From Longimicrobiales bacterium (lineage in GTDB: Bacteria > Gemmatimonadota > Gemmatimonadetes > Longimicrobiales > Gaopeijiaceae), in contig CBDFIQ010000001.1 of assembly GCA_965248195.1 (NCBI GenBank), forward strand, positions 544,001-608,000: a DNA stretch of 64,000 nt, written 5' to 3'. Under the pieces are notes generated by a model. It was given only the letters and a program-made list of their open reading frames with translations, ran no database searches and was not told the origin of the DNA. Position 1 is the stretch's first letter; every line of letters begins with the position of its first letter. The position numbers and the translations under genes were made by a program. Shown here one piece after another: positions 30,054-39,950 of the stretch.

Positions 30054-30914
30054 TCATGGAGGAGACCCCAACGTTGCCCGCATGGCCAGGCCCCGCTCGG
30101 GGTGAGCGGCCCACACCTCTGTCTGGTCCTGTGGGTTGGCCTTCCCGGCGATCGTGAACTCCTCCCCGCAGAAGAGAGGGCTGACCGCTCGGTAGGAGAA
30201 GGAGTCGGGGGAGCCACCCGTCGAGCCCCACAGCCGCCTCGATCCCGCGTCTAACAGTAGGAGCGCGATGAGCGGTCCGTGCACCAGAAGGTCTGGATAC
30301 CCCTCGACCTCGGTTACGTAGCGGTGGTCATAGTGAATGCGATGGCTGTTGAACGTGAGCGCGGAGAAGCGGAAGAGGGTCACCGCGTCGGCCAGGAAGG
30401 ACTCGGACCACTCCGCGGCTTCGGGTGGGGGTTTGGGCGGGCCGCCCCCGGCGCCCGAGCCATCACGGTAGACGAGGTCCTGCTCTTCTTCGATCGCAAC
30501 GCCCGCTTCGTTTGCGATCTCATGCCGAACCGTGACGAAGACGAGGGAGCCGGATCGACCTTCTTTGCTCCGTACGGCGGCTATCGTGGACCTTCGTTGA
30601 ACGGCTTCGCCTAGATGGAGCGCCCCAAGGAAGCGGAGCCGGCCTCCGGCCCACATCCGCCGGGGAAGCGGAACGGGGGGTAGGAAGTCGCCACGCCTCT
30701 CGTGCCCATCCGGCCCCAGTGTGGACCGGCGTGTGGCCGGCTTGAAGTAGAGCCAGTGCCACGCGAGTGGGAGAGGCGAGGCGGTGCCCAGCGCCTCTGG
30801 AGGCCAATCCAGCACCGCAGACATCCCCCGCGCCGGAGCCAAGGTGAGGACGTCCTCGTCCACACGTTCATTGCCGATCCACGACTCGAGCTCGGCGATT
30901 TCGTTCTCGTCCAC
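30054..30914 (-). CDS. Double-hotdog MaoC-type hydratase (itaconyl-CoA / mesaconyl-C4-CoA hydratase-like)
   Basis: WHWLYF, LGPDGH, RRMWAGG, EEQDLVYR, LFRFSALTFNSHRIHYD, LLVHGPL. Confidence 0.88.
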   Translation of the reverse strand: MDENEIAELESWIGNERVDEDVLTLAPARGMSAVLDWPPEALGTASPLPLAWHWLYFKPATRRSTLGPDGHERRGDFLPPVPLPRRMWAGGRLRFLGALHLGEAVQRRSTIAAVRSKEGRSGSLVFVTVRHEIANEAGVAIEEEQDLVYRDGSGAGGGPPKPPPEAAEWSESFLADAVTLFRFSALTFNSHRIHYDHRYVTEVEGYPDLLVHGPLIALLLLDAGSRRLWGSTGGSPDSFSYRAVSPLFCGEEFTIAGKANPQDQTEVWAAHPERGLAMRATLGSPP

Positions 30915-30988
30915 GGGCTACTCCGGCGAACGTATTTGATTCGTGGCGACTCGCGGAAGGCGCAATGTGCGCCCGACTTCCTCCGGGC

Positions 30989-32128
30989 TCAGAAGGATCG
31001 GGGCATGCCCAGCACGTGCTCTCCCACGTAGCTCAGGATCAGGTTATTGGCGATGGGGGCGATCAGGTAGAGCCTGGCCTCTCGGAATTTGCGCTCGATG
31101 CCGTATTCTTCCGCCAGCCCATACCCGCCGAACGTGTCCATGGCAGCGTTGGCGGCCTCCCAAGCGGCCTCCGACGCCAGAAGCTTGCACATGTTCGCTT
31201 CGGCGCCGCAAGGCTCTTCAGCTTCATAGAGCTCGACGGCGCGGTCCCGCAGAGCCGCAGCCGCCTGTGCGTGTATGTACGCACGGGCGATGGGGAACTG
31301 GACGCCCTGGTTTTGGCCGATGGGACGCGCGAAGACGACGCGTTCGCTCGCGTATTTGGTGGATCGGTCCACGAAGTGGAGGGCGTCACCCACCGACTTG
31401 GACGCGAGCAGGATGCGTTCGGCGTTCATGCCACTGAGGATGTGGTAGAACCCCTTACCTTCCTCACCGATCAGGTTCTCTTCAGGCACCTCGAGTCCGT
31501 CGAAGAACACTTCGTTCGTCTCGTGGTTGATCATGGTGTCCAGAGGGCTGACCCTGATCTGGTCTCCGGCCTGGCGTAGGTCCACGAGGAAAACGCTGAG
31601 GCCGTGCGTCTTCTTCTCCACCTCTCCGAGGCGCGTCGTTCTCGCGAGGAGGATCATCAAATCCGAATGTTGGACCCGGGAGATGAAGCTCTTCTGGCCA
31701 TGAACGACGTATCGATCACCCCTTTTCTCGGCGAAGGTGGAGATCTTTGTCGTGTCGGAGCCCGCATCCGGCTCGGTCACGGCGAACGCCTGCAGGCGGG
31801 TCTTACCCGCCGCGATGTCCGGTAGCCAGCGCCGCTTCTGTTCCTCGGAACCGTGACGAAGGAGGGTGCCCATCGTGTACATCTGGGCGTGACACGCCGC
31901 CCCGTTGCCCCCCGAGCGGTTGATCTCCTCCAGGATCACCGCCGCCTCGCGGATTCCAAGGCCCGGGCCCCCGAACTCTTCGGGAATCATGCACGCCAGG
32001 TAGCCGGCGTCGTTGAGCTCCCCGACGAACTTCTCCGGGTACACCCGCTCCCGGTCGAGACTCTGCCAATATTCGTCGGGATAACGCTCGCAGAGCTTTC
32101 GGATCCCGTCCCTCAGCTCCTCTTCCAT
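30989..32128 (-). CDS. Acyl-CoA dehydrogenase (candidate methylsuccinyl-CoA dehydrogenase)
   Basis: CHAQMYTMG, FAVTEPDAGSDT, GMNAERI, FGGYG, ERKFREARLY. Confidence 0.9.
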   Translation of the reverse strand: MEEELRDGIRKLCERYPDEYWQSLDRERVYPEKFVGELNDAGYLACMIPEEFGGPGLGIREAAVILEEINRSGGNGAACHAQMYTMGTLLRHGSEEQKRRWLPDIAAGKTRLQAFAVTEPDAGSDTTKISTFAEKRGDRYVVHGQKSFISRVQHSDLMILLARTTRLGEVEKKTHGLSVFLVDLRQAGDQIRVSPLDTMINHETNEVFFDGLEVPEENLIGEEGKGFYHILSGMNAERILLASKSVGDALHFVDRSTKYASERVVFARPIGQNQGVQFPIARAYIHAQAAAALRDRAVELYEAEEPCGAEANMCKLLASEAAWEAANAAMDTFGGYGLAEEYGIERKFREARLYLIAPIANNLILSYVGEHVLGMPRSF

Positions 32129-32315
32129 TCCGGCCCTCTCGAATTGGTATCCACGCCCACGGATCGGCTGGTGCCTGATGCTCGGGAGAGTCTAGAGAAT
32201 GAACGCGCTCCTTGTCGAGAGCGGTTTTGAATTGACAGTCTTCTGGCTCACGACGACGTTGCCTCGCTTGGGGCGCCGCCCCAGCGGGACGACCGATCTC
32301 AAGGCGAGCGCGTCG

Positions 32316-33506
32316 ATGGGGGAGAAGGAAACACATCAGAGTCCAGAGGCTGGATCGGACGTCGGGGACACCCTTCCCCTGGCAGGAACTCTCGTCGTCG
32401 CTCTGGAGCAGGCCGTAGCCGCCCCCTTCGCCACCCGAAAGCTCGCGGACGCAGGCGCCCGGGTCATCAAGGTGGAGCGAGCCGGCGGTGACTTCGCGCG
32501 GCGCTACGACGACGTGGCACGAGGCCAGAGCGCGTATTTCGTCTGGCTGAATCGGGGCAAGGAGTCGCTGGTCCTCGACATCAAGGATCCCGAGGACGCG
32601 GGCCTCCTGGGCCGAATCCTGGCCTGGGCCGACGTCTACATACAGAACCTGGGCCCGGGAGCGGCCTCCCGGGCCGGCTTCGGCTCTGGAGCACTGCGGG
32701 AACGACACCCGCGCCTCGTCACCTGCGACATCAGCGGCTACGGGGAAGAAGGTCCCTACGCCGAAATGAAGGCGTACGACAACCTGGTCCAGGCCGAGGC
32801 TGGCATCCATGGGGTCACCGGACAACCAGACGCTCCGGCGAAGGTGGGCATCTCGATCTGCGACATCGGCGCCGGCATGCATGCCTACGGCTCCATACTG
32901 GAGGCCCTTCTGCACCGGGAGCGCACCGGCCAGGGAGCGGGACTCAAGGTGTCTCTCTTCTCGGCCATAGGCGATTGGATGAGCGTGCCGTACCTCCACG
33001 CCGTCTACGGCGGGGAGGGTCCCAAGCGGATGGGCCTGAGCCATGCCTCCATCGCACCCTACGGAGCCTTCGCCTCCCGCGACGGTGAGCTGGTGTTGCT
33101 CTCGATCCAGAATGAACGGGAGTGGGAGCGCTTCTGCAAAGAGGTGCTCCAGCGACCCGAGATGGCGGAGGATCACCGCTTCCGGACCGGGGTGGATCGG
33201 GTGCGGAACCGCCCGGCGCTTCGCAAGGCCATCGAGGAGGTCTTCTCCTCCCTGACGACGGTCGAGGTCGTTGATCGCCTGCACGGCTCCAGGATCGCGT
33301 ACGGTCGCCTCAACTCGGTGGAGGAGTTCGCCCGACATCCCCAGCTCCGGGTCATGGAGATCGAGACTCCCGGGGGGACGATCGCCCTCCCGGCCGACCC
33401 GGTGCTCTGGAGTAGCGTCTGTGGACCCCGGCACCCGAGGGTTCCAGACATAGGCGAGCATTCCAATTCGATTCGGGATGAATTCCGGGAGCAGAAGAAC
33501 GGATGA
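32316..33506 (+). CDS. Family III (CaiB/BaiF) CoA-transferase, itaconate CoA-transferase-like
   Basis: LEQAVAAPFATRKLAD, FVWLNRGKES, KAYD catalytic Asp, HASIAPYG. Confidence 0.9.
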   Translation: MGEKETHQSPEAGSDVGDTLPLAGTLVVALEQAVAAPFATRKLADAGARVIKVERAGGDFARRYDDVARGQSAYFVWLNRGKESLVLDIKDPEDAGLLGRILAWADVYIQNLGPGAASRAGFGSGALRERHPRLVTCDISGYGEEGPYAEMKAYDNLVQAEAGIHGVTGQPDAPAKVGISICDIGAGMHAYGSILEALLHRERTGQGAGLKVSLFSAIGDWMSVPYLHAVYGGEGPKRMGLSHASIAPYGAFASRDGELVLLSIQNEREWERFCKEVLQRPEMAEDHRFRTGVDRVRNRPALRKAIEEVFSSLTTVEVVDRLHGSRIAYGRLNSVEEFARHPQLRVMEIETPGGTIALPADPVLWSSVCGPRHPRVPDIGEHSNSIRDEFREQKNG

Positions 33507-35005
33507 GAGTTCCTCCGTCCGAGAGCTCGGTGCGCATCGGACCCACCGGGTCCGTCATGCCTTCGAGCGAGGAGCCGGCGATGCCCCCCGTGCGGACCGG
33601 AAGGCTCGTGGCGGCGGTGCTCCTGGGTCTGGGGGTGTGGCTCCTCCCCGTGCCGGTCGGTGTCGAGCCGGGGGCGTGGAAGCTCCTGGCCATCTTCGTC
33701 GCCACCATCGCCGGAATCATCCTGCGTCCCCTTCCGATGGGAGCGGTCGCTCTGGTGGCGACCGCGGTGGCGGTCCTGTCCCGCACTCTCACTATCGACG
33801 AAGCCACAGCCGGCTTCGGAGCTCCAATCGTGTGGCTGGTGGTGGCCGCCTTCTTCATTGCCACGGCCTTCATCCACACCGGTCTCGGCATCCGGATCGC
33901 GTATCACTTCATGCGGGTCCTGGGAAAGCATACTCTGGGCCTGGGCTATGGACTCGTGGCCACCGATCTGGTGCTTGCGCCGGTGATTCCGAGCAACACG
34001 GCCCGGGCCGGAGGAGTGGTCTTCCCAATCTTGCGGTCACTCTGCGCCTCGCTCCGAGCCGATTCCTCGCGAGACGCACCGGGGGACGCCCTGGGGGCGG
34101 ACGTCGCCGGCTTCTTGACGTTCACGGCCTATCAGGGGACGTGCGTGACCAGCGCCATGTTCTTGACGGCCATGGTGGCGAATCCATTGGCCGTGGAGCT
34201 GGCGGCGCAGCAGGGAATCGAGATCACCTGGACCGGATGGGCCCTGGCCGCTTCACTCCCGGGGCTCGTCAGCCTGGTCGTCGTTCCGCTCTTGATCTTC
34301 TTCCTCTATCCCGTGGAGACCAGGGAGACCCCAGAGGCGCCGGAGCTGGCGCGAAGGTACCTCCGCGAGATGGGCCCCATGGCCCGGAACGAGTGGGTTC
34401 TCCTTGGTGTGTTCGTACTGCTCCTGAGCCTCTGGATCTTCGGCGCCACCCTCGGCGTCGCCACCACGACAGCCGCCATCGTCGGCGTGGGAGTGCTGCT
34501 CGTAACCGGAGCCCTACCGTGGGAAAAGGTGCTGCGCGAGAAGAGCGCCTGGGATACCCTGATCTGGTTCGCCGTGCTCGTGATGATGGCGAGTCAGCTG
34601 GGTGAGCGGGGGTTGGTGGATTGGTTCAGCGAGCACGTGGCTTCGGTGATCGGAGGAGCAGAGCGCTGGCTGCCCGCCTTTCTCATCCTCTCCCTCATCT
34701 ACTTCTACAGCCACTACTTCTTCGCCAGCAACACGGCTCATGTGAGTGCCATGTATGCGCCGTTCCTCGCCGTCGCCCTCGCCGTCGGCACCCCTCCGCT
34801 CCTCGCCGCCCTGGTGCTGGCGTTCTTCAGCAACCTGTTCGCCTCGATGACACACTACGGGACCGCTCCAGCTCCAATCTTCTTCGGATCGGGAAACGTA
34901 GAGGTCGGGACCTGGTGGAAGCTGGGAGCAGTGATCAGCCTCGTGAACATCGCCATCTGGCTCGGGATCGGGAGCCTCTGGTGGAAGGCGCTCGGGATCT
35001 GGTGA
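33503..35005 (+). CDS. DASS family di/tricarboxylate transporter (CitT/2-oxoglutarate-malate type)
   Basis: PSNTARAGG, SAMFLTAMVANP, WDTLIWF, HYFFASNTAH, THYGTAPAP. Start may be 33557 or 33581. Confidence 0.93.
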   Translation: MRVPPSESSVRIGPTGSVMPSSEEPAMPPVRTGRLVAAVLLGLGVWLLPVPVGVEPGAWKLLAIFVATIAGIILRPLPMGAVALVATAVAVLSRTLTIDEATAGFGAPIVWLVVAAFFIATAFIHTGLGIRIAYHFMRVLGKHTLGLGYGLVATDLVLAPVIPSNTARAGGVVFPILRSLCASLRADSSRDAPGDALGADVAGFLTFTAYQGTCVTSAMFLTAMVANPLAVELAAQQGIEITWTGWALAASLPGLVSLVVVPLLIFFLYPVETRETPEAPELARRYLREMGPMARNEWVLLGVFVLLLSLWIFGATLGVATTTAAIVGVGVLLVTGALPWEKVLREKSAWDTLIWFAVLVMMASQLGERGLVDWFSEHVASVIGGAERWLPAFLILSLIYFYSHYFFASNTAHVSAMYAPFLAVALAVGTPPLLAALVLAFFSNLFASMTHYGTAPAPIFFGSGNVEVGTWWKLGAVISLVNIAIWLGIGSLWWKALGIW

Positions 35006-35043
35006 CCGCTGATGCGTTCCGACCGAGGCCGATTCCGCCCGGG

Positions 35044-35859
35044 TCAGGACGACGGCTCTTCGACGTCGCAGAGGATCCGCTCGGCCATCAGGATGAGCGG
35101 GCGATCGATCATCTGGCCGTCGAGCGTAACCGCAGACCCCCCCGAGCTCGCGACCGCATCCAAAACCCGTTTCGCCCAATCGATCTCCTCCTGGCTCGGT
35201 AGGAAGCAGTCATTCACGGCACCGATCTGGTTCGGGTGAATGCACAGCGTTCCACCGAAGCCGAGGCGTCGACCGCGCCGGGTGTGGGCGCGCAGCCCCT
35301 CCTCGTCGTCGATTTCCGTCCAGACGCCGTCCACCGGCGGCTGAATACCCGCGAGCCGCGACACCAGGACCAGATGCGAGCGAAAGGTGAGAAGCTCCTC
35401 GCCGTCGCCCTCTATGCCCATGTCGTGCTGGAAGTCCAAGGAGCCGAACACGAGTCGCTGTACGCTCGGCTCGCGGGCGATCTCCATGGCCCGGTGCATC
35501 CCCATCGCCGACTCGATCATCGCAAGGACCGGGACTTCCGGCAGGGTCCGTTCCCCGACGCGGCGCACCTCTTCGACCCCCTCGACCTTGGGAAGGACCA
35601 CCGCGGAAACCCCCGAAAGGCCGGCGAGCGCGAGGTCTTCCTGAAACCACTCGGAGCCGGCGGCATTGATCCGCAGCAGCACCGGGTGGGAGGAATCGAG
35701 CCACGCGGCGACGGCCTCTCGGGCTCCTCCTTTGTCGCCGGGTCCGACGGCGTCCTCCAGGTCGACGATGACCGCATGCGCCTCCGAAGCGTACGCCTTG
35801 TCGTATAGATCCGGGCGGTTTCCGGGGACGAAGAGGAAGGAGCGAGCGATCGGCTGCAC
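35044..35859 (-). CDS. CitE-family CoA-ester lyase (candidate (S)-citramalyl-CoA lyase)
   Basis: RSFLFVPG, DLEDAV, LRIN, MIESAMG, FGSLDF, CIHPNQ, GQMIDRP. Confidence 0.9.
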   Translation of the reverse strand: MQPIARSFLFVPGNRPDLYDKAYASEAHAVIVDLEDAVGPGDKGGAREAVAAWLDSSHPVLLRINAAGSEWFQEDLALAGLSGVSAVVLPKVEGVEEVRRVGERTLPEVPVLAMIESAMGMHRAMEIAREPSVQRLVFGSLDFQHDMGIEGDGEELLTFRSHLVLVSRLAGIQPPVDGVWTEIDDEEGLRAHTRRGRRLGFGGTLCIHPNQIGAVNDCFLPSQEEIDWAKRVLDAVASSGGSAVTLDGQMIDRPLILMAERILCDVEEPSS

Positions 35860-35909
35860 CAAAGAGCGCTTTGGCGTGCGGTCGGATGGTCCGGGCGCCT
35901 CCACCGGGC

Positions 35910-37445
35910 TCAGCCGGTGGGCCCGGCGGGCCCGGAGATCTGCACGAGCCGCTGGCGCCACCTGATGGGACCCGTCTCGTGCACCGAGGAGCCGCTCGCG
36001 TCCACGGCGACGGTCACCGGCATGTTCTCCACCTCGAACTCGTAGATGGCCTCCATTCCCAGCTCTGGAAAGGCCACGAGGCGCGAGGAGCGAATCGCCT
36101 TCGAGACCAGGTAGGCCGCGCCGCCGACGGCCACGAGGTACACGGCCCCGTGTCTCCTGATGGACTCGACGGTGGTGGGGCCGCGCTCACCCTTCCCGAT
36201 CATCCCCAGCAGGCCGGTCCTCTCCAGCATGATCTCGGTGAACTTGTCCATGCGGGTCGCTGTCGTGGGACCGGCGGGGCCCACGACCTCGTCTCGCACG
36301 GGATCCACGGGTCCGACGTAGTAGATGAACCGGCCGGTGAAGTCGACTCCCGGGGGAAGGTCCTCCCCCCGGGCGAGCAGGTCGACGATCCGCTTGTGGG
36401 CGGCGTCACGGCCCGTCAGGATCCGGCCCGAGAGGAGGAGCATGTCACCGGCCTTCCAGTCGAGCATCTCGGCGCGCGTCACGCCGTCCAGGTGCACCGA
36501 GCGGGCTGTGGGCGCAGGCGCCCAGTCGACCTCCGGCCAGTCCGCCGGATCGACGGGCGGGAGCTCGGCCGGCCCCGTGCCGTCCAGGACGAAGTGGGCG
36601 TGCCGCGTGGCCGCGCAGTTGGGAATGATGGCGACGGGCAGCGAGCCGGCGTGCGTGGGGTGGTCGCGGATCTTCACGTCGAGCACAGTGGTCAGGCCAC
36701 CCAAGCCCTGCGCCCCGATTCCGAGGGCGTTGACCCTGTCGTGGATCTCGACGCGCAGCTCCTCGATCCGGTTGCGGGGACCCCGCGCCTTGAGCTCGTG
36801 CATGTCGATGGGGTCCAGCGCCGCCTCCTTCGCGAGGAGCATCGACTTCTCGGCGCTCCCACCGACGCCGATCCCGAGGATCCCCGGCGGGCACCAGCCA
36901 GCCCCCATTTCCGGGACCACCTGCAGGACCCACTCGACCACGTCGTCGCTGGGGTTCAGGGTCGTGAACTTCGCCTTGTTCTCCGAGCCGGCACCCTTCG
37001 CCGCCACCTTCACCTCCACCGTACAGCCCGGGACGAGCTCGACGTGGACGATCGCGGGCGTGTTGTCACCCGTGTTGCGCCGCCTCCCCAGCGGATCGGC
37101 GACCACCGAGGCCCGCAGAACGTTCTCCGGGTCGAGGTAGGCGCGCCGAACCGCTTCATTCACCATCTGCTCCACGCCTCCCGCGCCCTCCCACGATACC
37201 CCCATCCCGATCTTCAGGAAGACCACCACGAGTCCCGTGTCCTGACAGACGGGCCGGTGTCCCTCGGCACACATGCGCGAGTTGGTCAGGATCTGTGCGA
37301 TGGCGTCCCGGGCGGCCGGCGACTCCTCACGCCGATACGCCTCGCCGAGCGCCCGGATGTAGTCACGGGGGTGGTAGTAGGAGATGTGCTGGAGGGCGTC
37401 GGCAACGCTACGGATGAAGTCGTCCTCTCGGATCTTCACGCTCAT
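35910..37445 (-). CDS. Class I Fe-S fumarate hydratase (candidate mesaconase)
   Basis: CQDTG, KGAGSENK, GWCPPG, NCAATRH, GRDAAHKR, GPTTATRMD. Confidence 0.93.
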   Translation of the reverse strand: MSVKIREDDFIRSVADALQHISYYHPRDYIRALGEAYRREESPAARDAIAQILTNSRMCAEGHRPVCQDTGLVVVFLKIGMGVSWEGAGGVEQMVNEAVRRAYLDPENVLRASVVADPLGRRRNTGDNTPAIVHVELVPGCTVEVKVAAKGAGSENKAKFTTLNPSDDVVEWVLQVVPEMGAGWCPPGILGIGVGGSAEKSMLLAKEAALDPIDMHELKARGPRNRIEELRVEIHDRVNALGIGAQGLGGLTTVLDVKIRDHPTHAGSLPVAIIPNCAATRHAHFVLDGTGPAELPPVDPADWPEVDWAPAPTARSVHLDGVTRAEMLDWKAGDMLLLSGRILTGRDAAHKRIVDLLARGEDLPPGVDFTGRFIYYVGPVDPVRDEVVGPAGPTTATRMDKFTEIMLERTGLLGMIGKGERGPTTVESIRRHGAVYLVAVGGAAYLVSKAIRSSRLVAFPELGMEAIYEFEVENMPVTVAVDASGSSVHETGPIRWRQRLVQISGPAGPTG

Positions 37446-37515
37446 CGCGCCCATCTGTCCTGGGTCCTCATTGCTGTCCGACGTAAACGGCGAATCCCAT
37501 CCGTGACTGAGCACT

Positions 37516-38985
37516 TCAGGGTTGCGACATCGACTCCGTCCTGACCTCGCTGAGCTCTAAACGGTTGACCTCGTCGATGAGATATGCGTAGGCGCGTGTA
37601 GTCGACTCCAAGCCGGTGGGTGGAATAAACTCCTCAGTATCCATGTCCGTATGATAGAAAATGTGGTCGATCACGTGAACTCCAGGCGCTTCCTGATAGA
37701 CCTGCGAGAGCTCACCTCCAGGCCTAGCCTCGGGCCGTTCATACGTCGCGACGCCGAACAAATCGAACCCCTCTACGACCAGGCGCTTGAAGCGGTCCGT
37801 CCCGCTGACAAACCATCGCCTGGCGCCCACTATGTTACCCTTGACCATACCCTCTCCGGATAGATATGTCTGGGTTTGTGAGGTGTGTTCCGCATTGATG
37901 AGCATCGCAGTGCGGGCGAAGACCCCGTTGTCGCGCATCCAGCGCGTTCCTTCGGAACCGACCCTTTGAGGCGAGTCGCGTAACTCCCTGGGCTGTCCCT
38001 GACCTGAGTGGTGGTTAGGCACGCCAACGAACTTGATCGTCCGGCGACGCTGATCTCTTGGAACGCTGGCGAAATACTCCGCGAGCCCAAGCATGGTTGC
38101 CATACCGGCGGCGTTGTCCAGGGCTGCGTCGTAGTGGCCATCCGTGTGGGCCATTACGACGATGTCTTCGTCGGTCGTACCGGGCAGGACACCCCAGACG
38201 TTGGCGGACGTCCGGCCCGTCGCCATCGTGACGTCCAATCGGAGGCGCACTTTCGGCACATGGCCACTCTCCACCAGTTCCCGAACAACGGTGCCGTCCT
38301 CCAAGCCGACTGAGAAGAGCGGCACCGTCACGCCGGCGCTCGAGATAAGCTGACTCGACACGTTGCCGGGCATGGCGAAGACGACGATGACCGCCGCAGC
38401 ACCCCTGTCCTGCGCTCGTCTCATCGCACCGTTCCACACCGCCGAGTGGTTACGCATGCCAGGCGTTGGATTGCTATGAATGAACGCGGCTTTCCCCGTG
38501 ACATCGCGGACAAGGAAGTCGGCCAACGTGCCGAGGCCGACCCACACGGCATCGAGCTCCATGCCGCCGGGTGGCGTGGCCCCGGCCCATTGGACCGGCC
38601 TGGCTGTGGCAAGCGGGACGACGCTCCCCGCTCCGGAGACGACGACTTCCCACGAGGTCGGATACCAGTAGGGCGATAACGCGAACTCTTGGACTCGCAC
38701 GTCCTCTAGCCCGATCTCCCGGAACTTGGTGAGGAGCCATTCCTGAGTTTCTTTGTCCGAGGCAGTGCCCGGGATGCGGCCCCAGATCGCCGTAATCTCC
38801 CTCACGTACCCCTTCAAATGCACGCCATCGATCGTTCCGTACTGTTCCAGGCCGTCCGGCAGAGGCCAGCGGAGATAGGCCTCCTCTATGTCATAGAGCG
38901 GTGGTCCCACAGCTTCTTGGGCCCCGGCCAAGGACGCGAGGCACAGGCACACACCGCCCGTAAGTGTAACAATGCGCTTACGCAT
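37516..38985 (-). CDS. Secreted M28 family peptidase with PA-like domain
   Basis: Signal peptide, MAHTDG, ALDNAAG, INAEH, FYHTDMD. NHH stands where many M28 enzymes have EE. Confidence 0.82.
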   Translation of the reverse strand: MRKRIVTLTGGVCLCLASLAGAQEAVGPPLYDIEEAYLRWPLPDGLEQYGTIDGVHLKGYVREITAIWGRIPGTASDKETQEWLLTKFREIGLEDVRVQEFALSPYWYPTSWEVVVSGAGSVVPLATARPVQWAGATPPGGMELDAVWVGLGTLADFLVRDVTGKAAFIHSNPTPGMRNHSAVWNGAMRRAQDRGAAAVIVVFAMPGNVSSQLISSAGVTVPLFSVGLEDGTVVRELVESGHVPKVRLRLDVTMATGRTSANVWGVLPGTTDEDIVVMAHTDGHYDAALDNAAGMATMLGLAEYFASVPRDQRRRTIKFVGVPNHHSGQGQPRELRDSPQRVGSEGTRWMRDNGVFARTAMLINAEHTSQTQTYLSGEGMVKGNIVGARRWFVSGTDRFKRLVVEGFDLFGVATYERPEARPGGELSQVYQEAPGVHVIDHIFYHTDMDTEEFIPPTGLESTTRAYAYLIDEVNRLELSEVRTESMSQP

Positions 38986-39161
38986 GATACATGGTCCTCC
39001 ACGGTGAGGGATGGATGGATATGGGCATCCAAAGGCCCTTCTCACCCGGGAGGTAACAATAGGGCGCGGTGTGGCTGCCCGGAAGGATCGGAGGAGGTCA
39101 CAACGGACTCCTGGAGCCCCTTCGATCCGCCCGACGGCTGCAAGCCGAGAGGTCCGTCCGT

Positions 39162-39830
39162 TTAACGCTCCTCTGGCCACCCCGTGTCGAGCGGCTTCGA
39201 CGGGTCCGGGGTAATTTGCAGATGCGCGCATTTGTGATACGAGTATCCACCCGGATTGTTGAACGCGTGCTCGTCCATGTGCTGCACGACCTGCAGGATG
39301 CACCTCTCGCAGCTGATGTTGGGAAGTGCTATGTCCGCCTCCCAGGGATCCAACCGACCCTCCGGCCGCGTGGGTCGGCCGTCAGCATCAAAACTCGAAT
39401 GGACGAACAGGCCATCGGCGAGCACGGGAATTCGCGGCGGGTCCTGAATTTCAGCCGATACGGACCAAGGCCCCCTCTCGCTATCTCTCGTGGTAGTTAC
39501 CGGGTCAAGCGGCAACTCGCTGGGCGAGTTCACCGCCAACGCTACCCGGTAATGCCCCGGGTGGTACACGGTCTCCTGAATCCTTAGATGCAGATTCTGG
39601 CCCCCTACCACTTGGGTGATGGCCCAGCTCGGCGTGCCCCAATCGGTATTGGTACCGCCGCAAGGGCCTGCTTTCTGCGGGTCCCCGCGGTCGTTCGTGA
39701 CGAGCGTAGGGGCGGGTTCCAAAAGCTTGAAGTGGGGGGAGGTGCTCGGAACCTTGAAGTGGGCGGAGGCACTGGGCGCGGTTATCGCCAGCCCGACAAC
39801 CAGGAGTGGAAATCGAATAGAGTTTCTCAT
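39162..39830 (-). CDS. SCE4755-type polysaccharide-monooxygenase-like secreted protein
   Basis: Signal peptide ending ASA followed by His, GDPQKAGPCG, ETVYHPGHYRVAL, CERCILQVVQ, YHKCA. Confidence 0.78.
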   Translation of the reverse strand: MRNSIRFPLLVVGLAITAPSASAHFKVPSTSPHFKLLEPAPTLVTNDRGDPQKAGPCGGTNTDWGTPSWAITQVVGGQNLHLRIQETVYHPGHYRVALAVNSPSELPLDPVTTTRDSERGPWSVSAEIQDPPRIPVLADGLFVHSSFDADGRPTRPEGRLDPWEADIALPNISCERCILQVVQHMDEHAFNNPGGYSYHKCAHLQITPDPSKPLDTGWPEER

Positions 39831-39950
39831 CGAAACACTTCCTTTGAAGGTGAAATGCGGCGGCGCAAGGGCTCGAGGCATACTATCGCCACGCCGGCAG
39901 TGGTTCAAGAGCGGCCGACAACCACCTTCCCCCCACCCACTGAAGCACCA

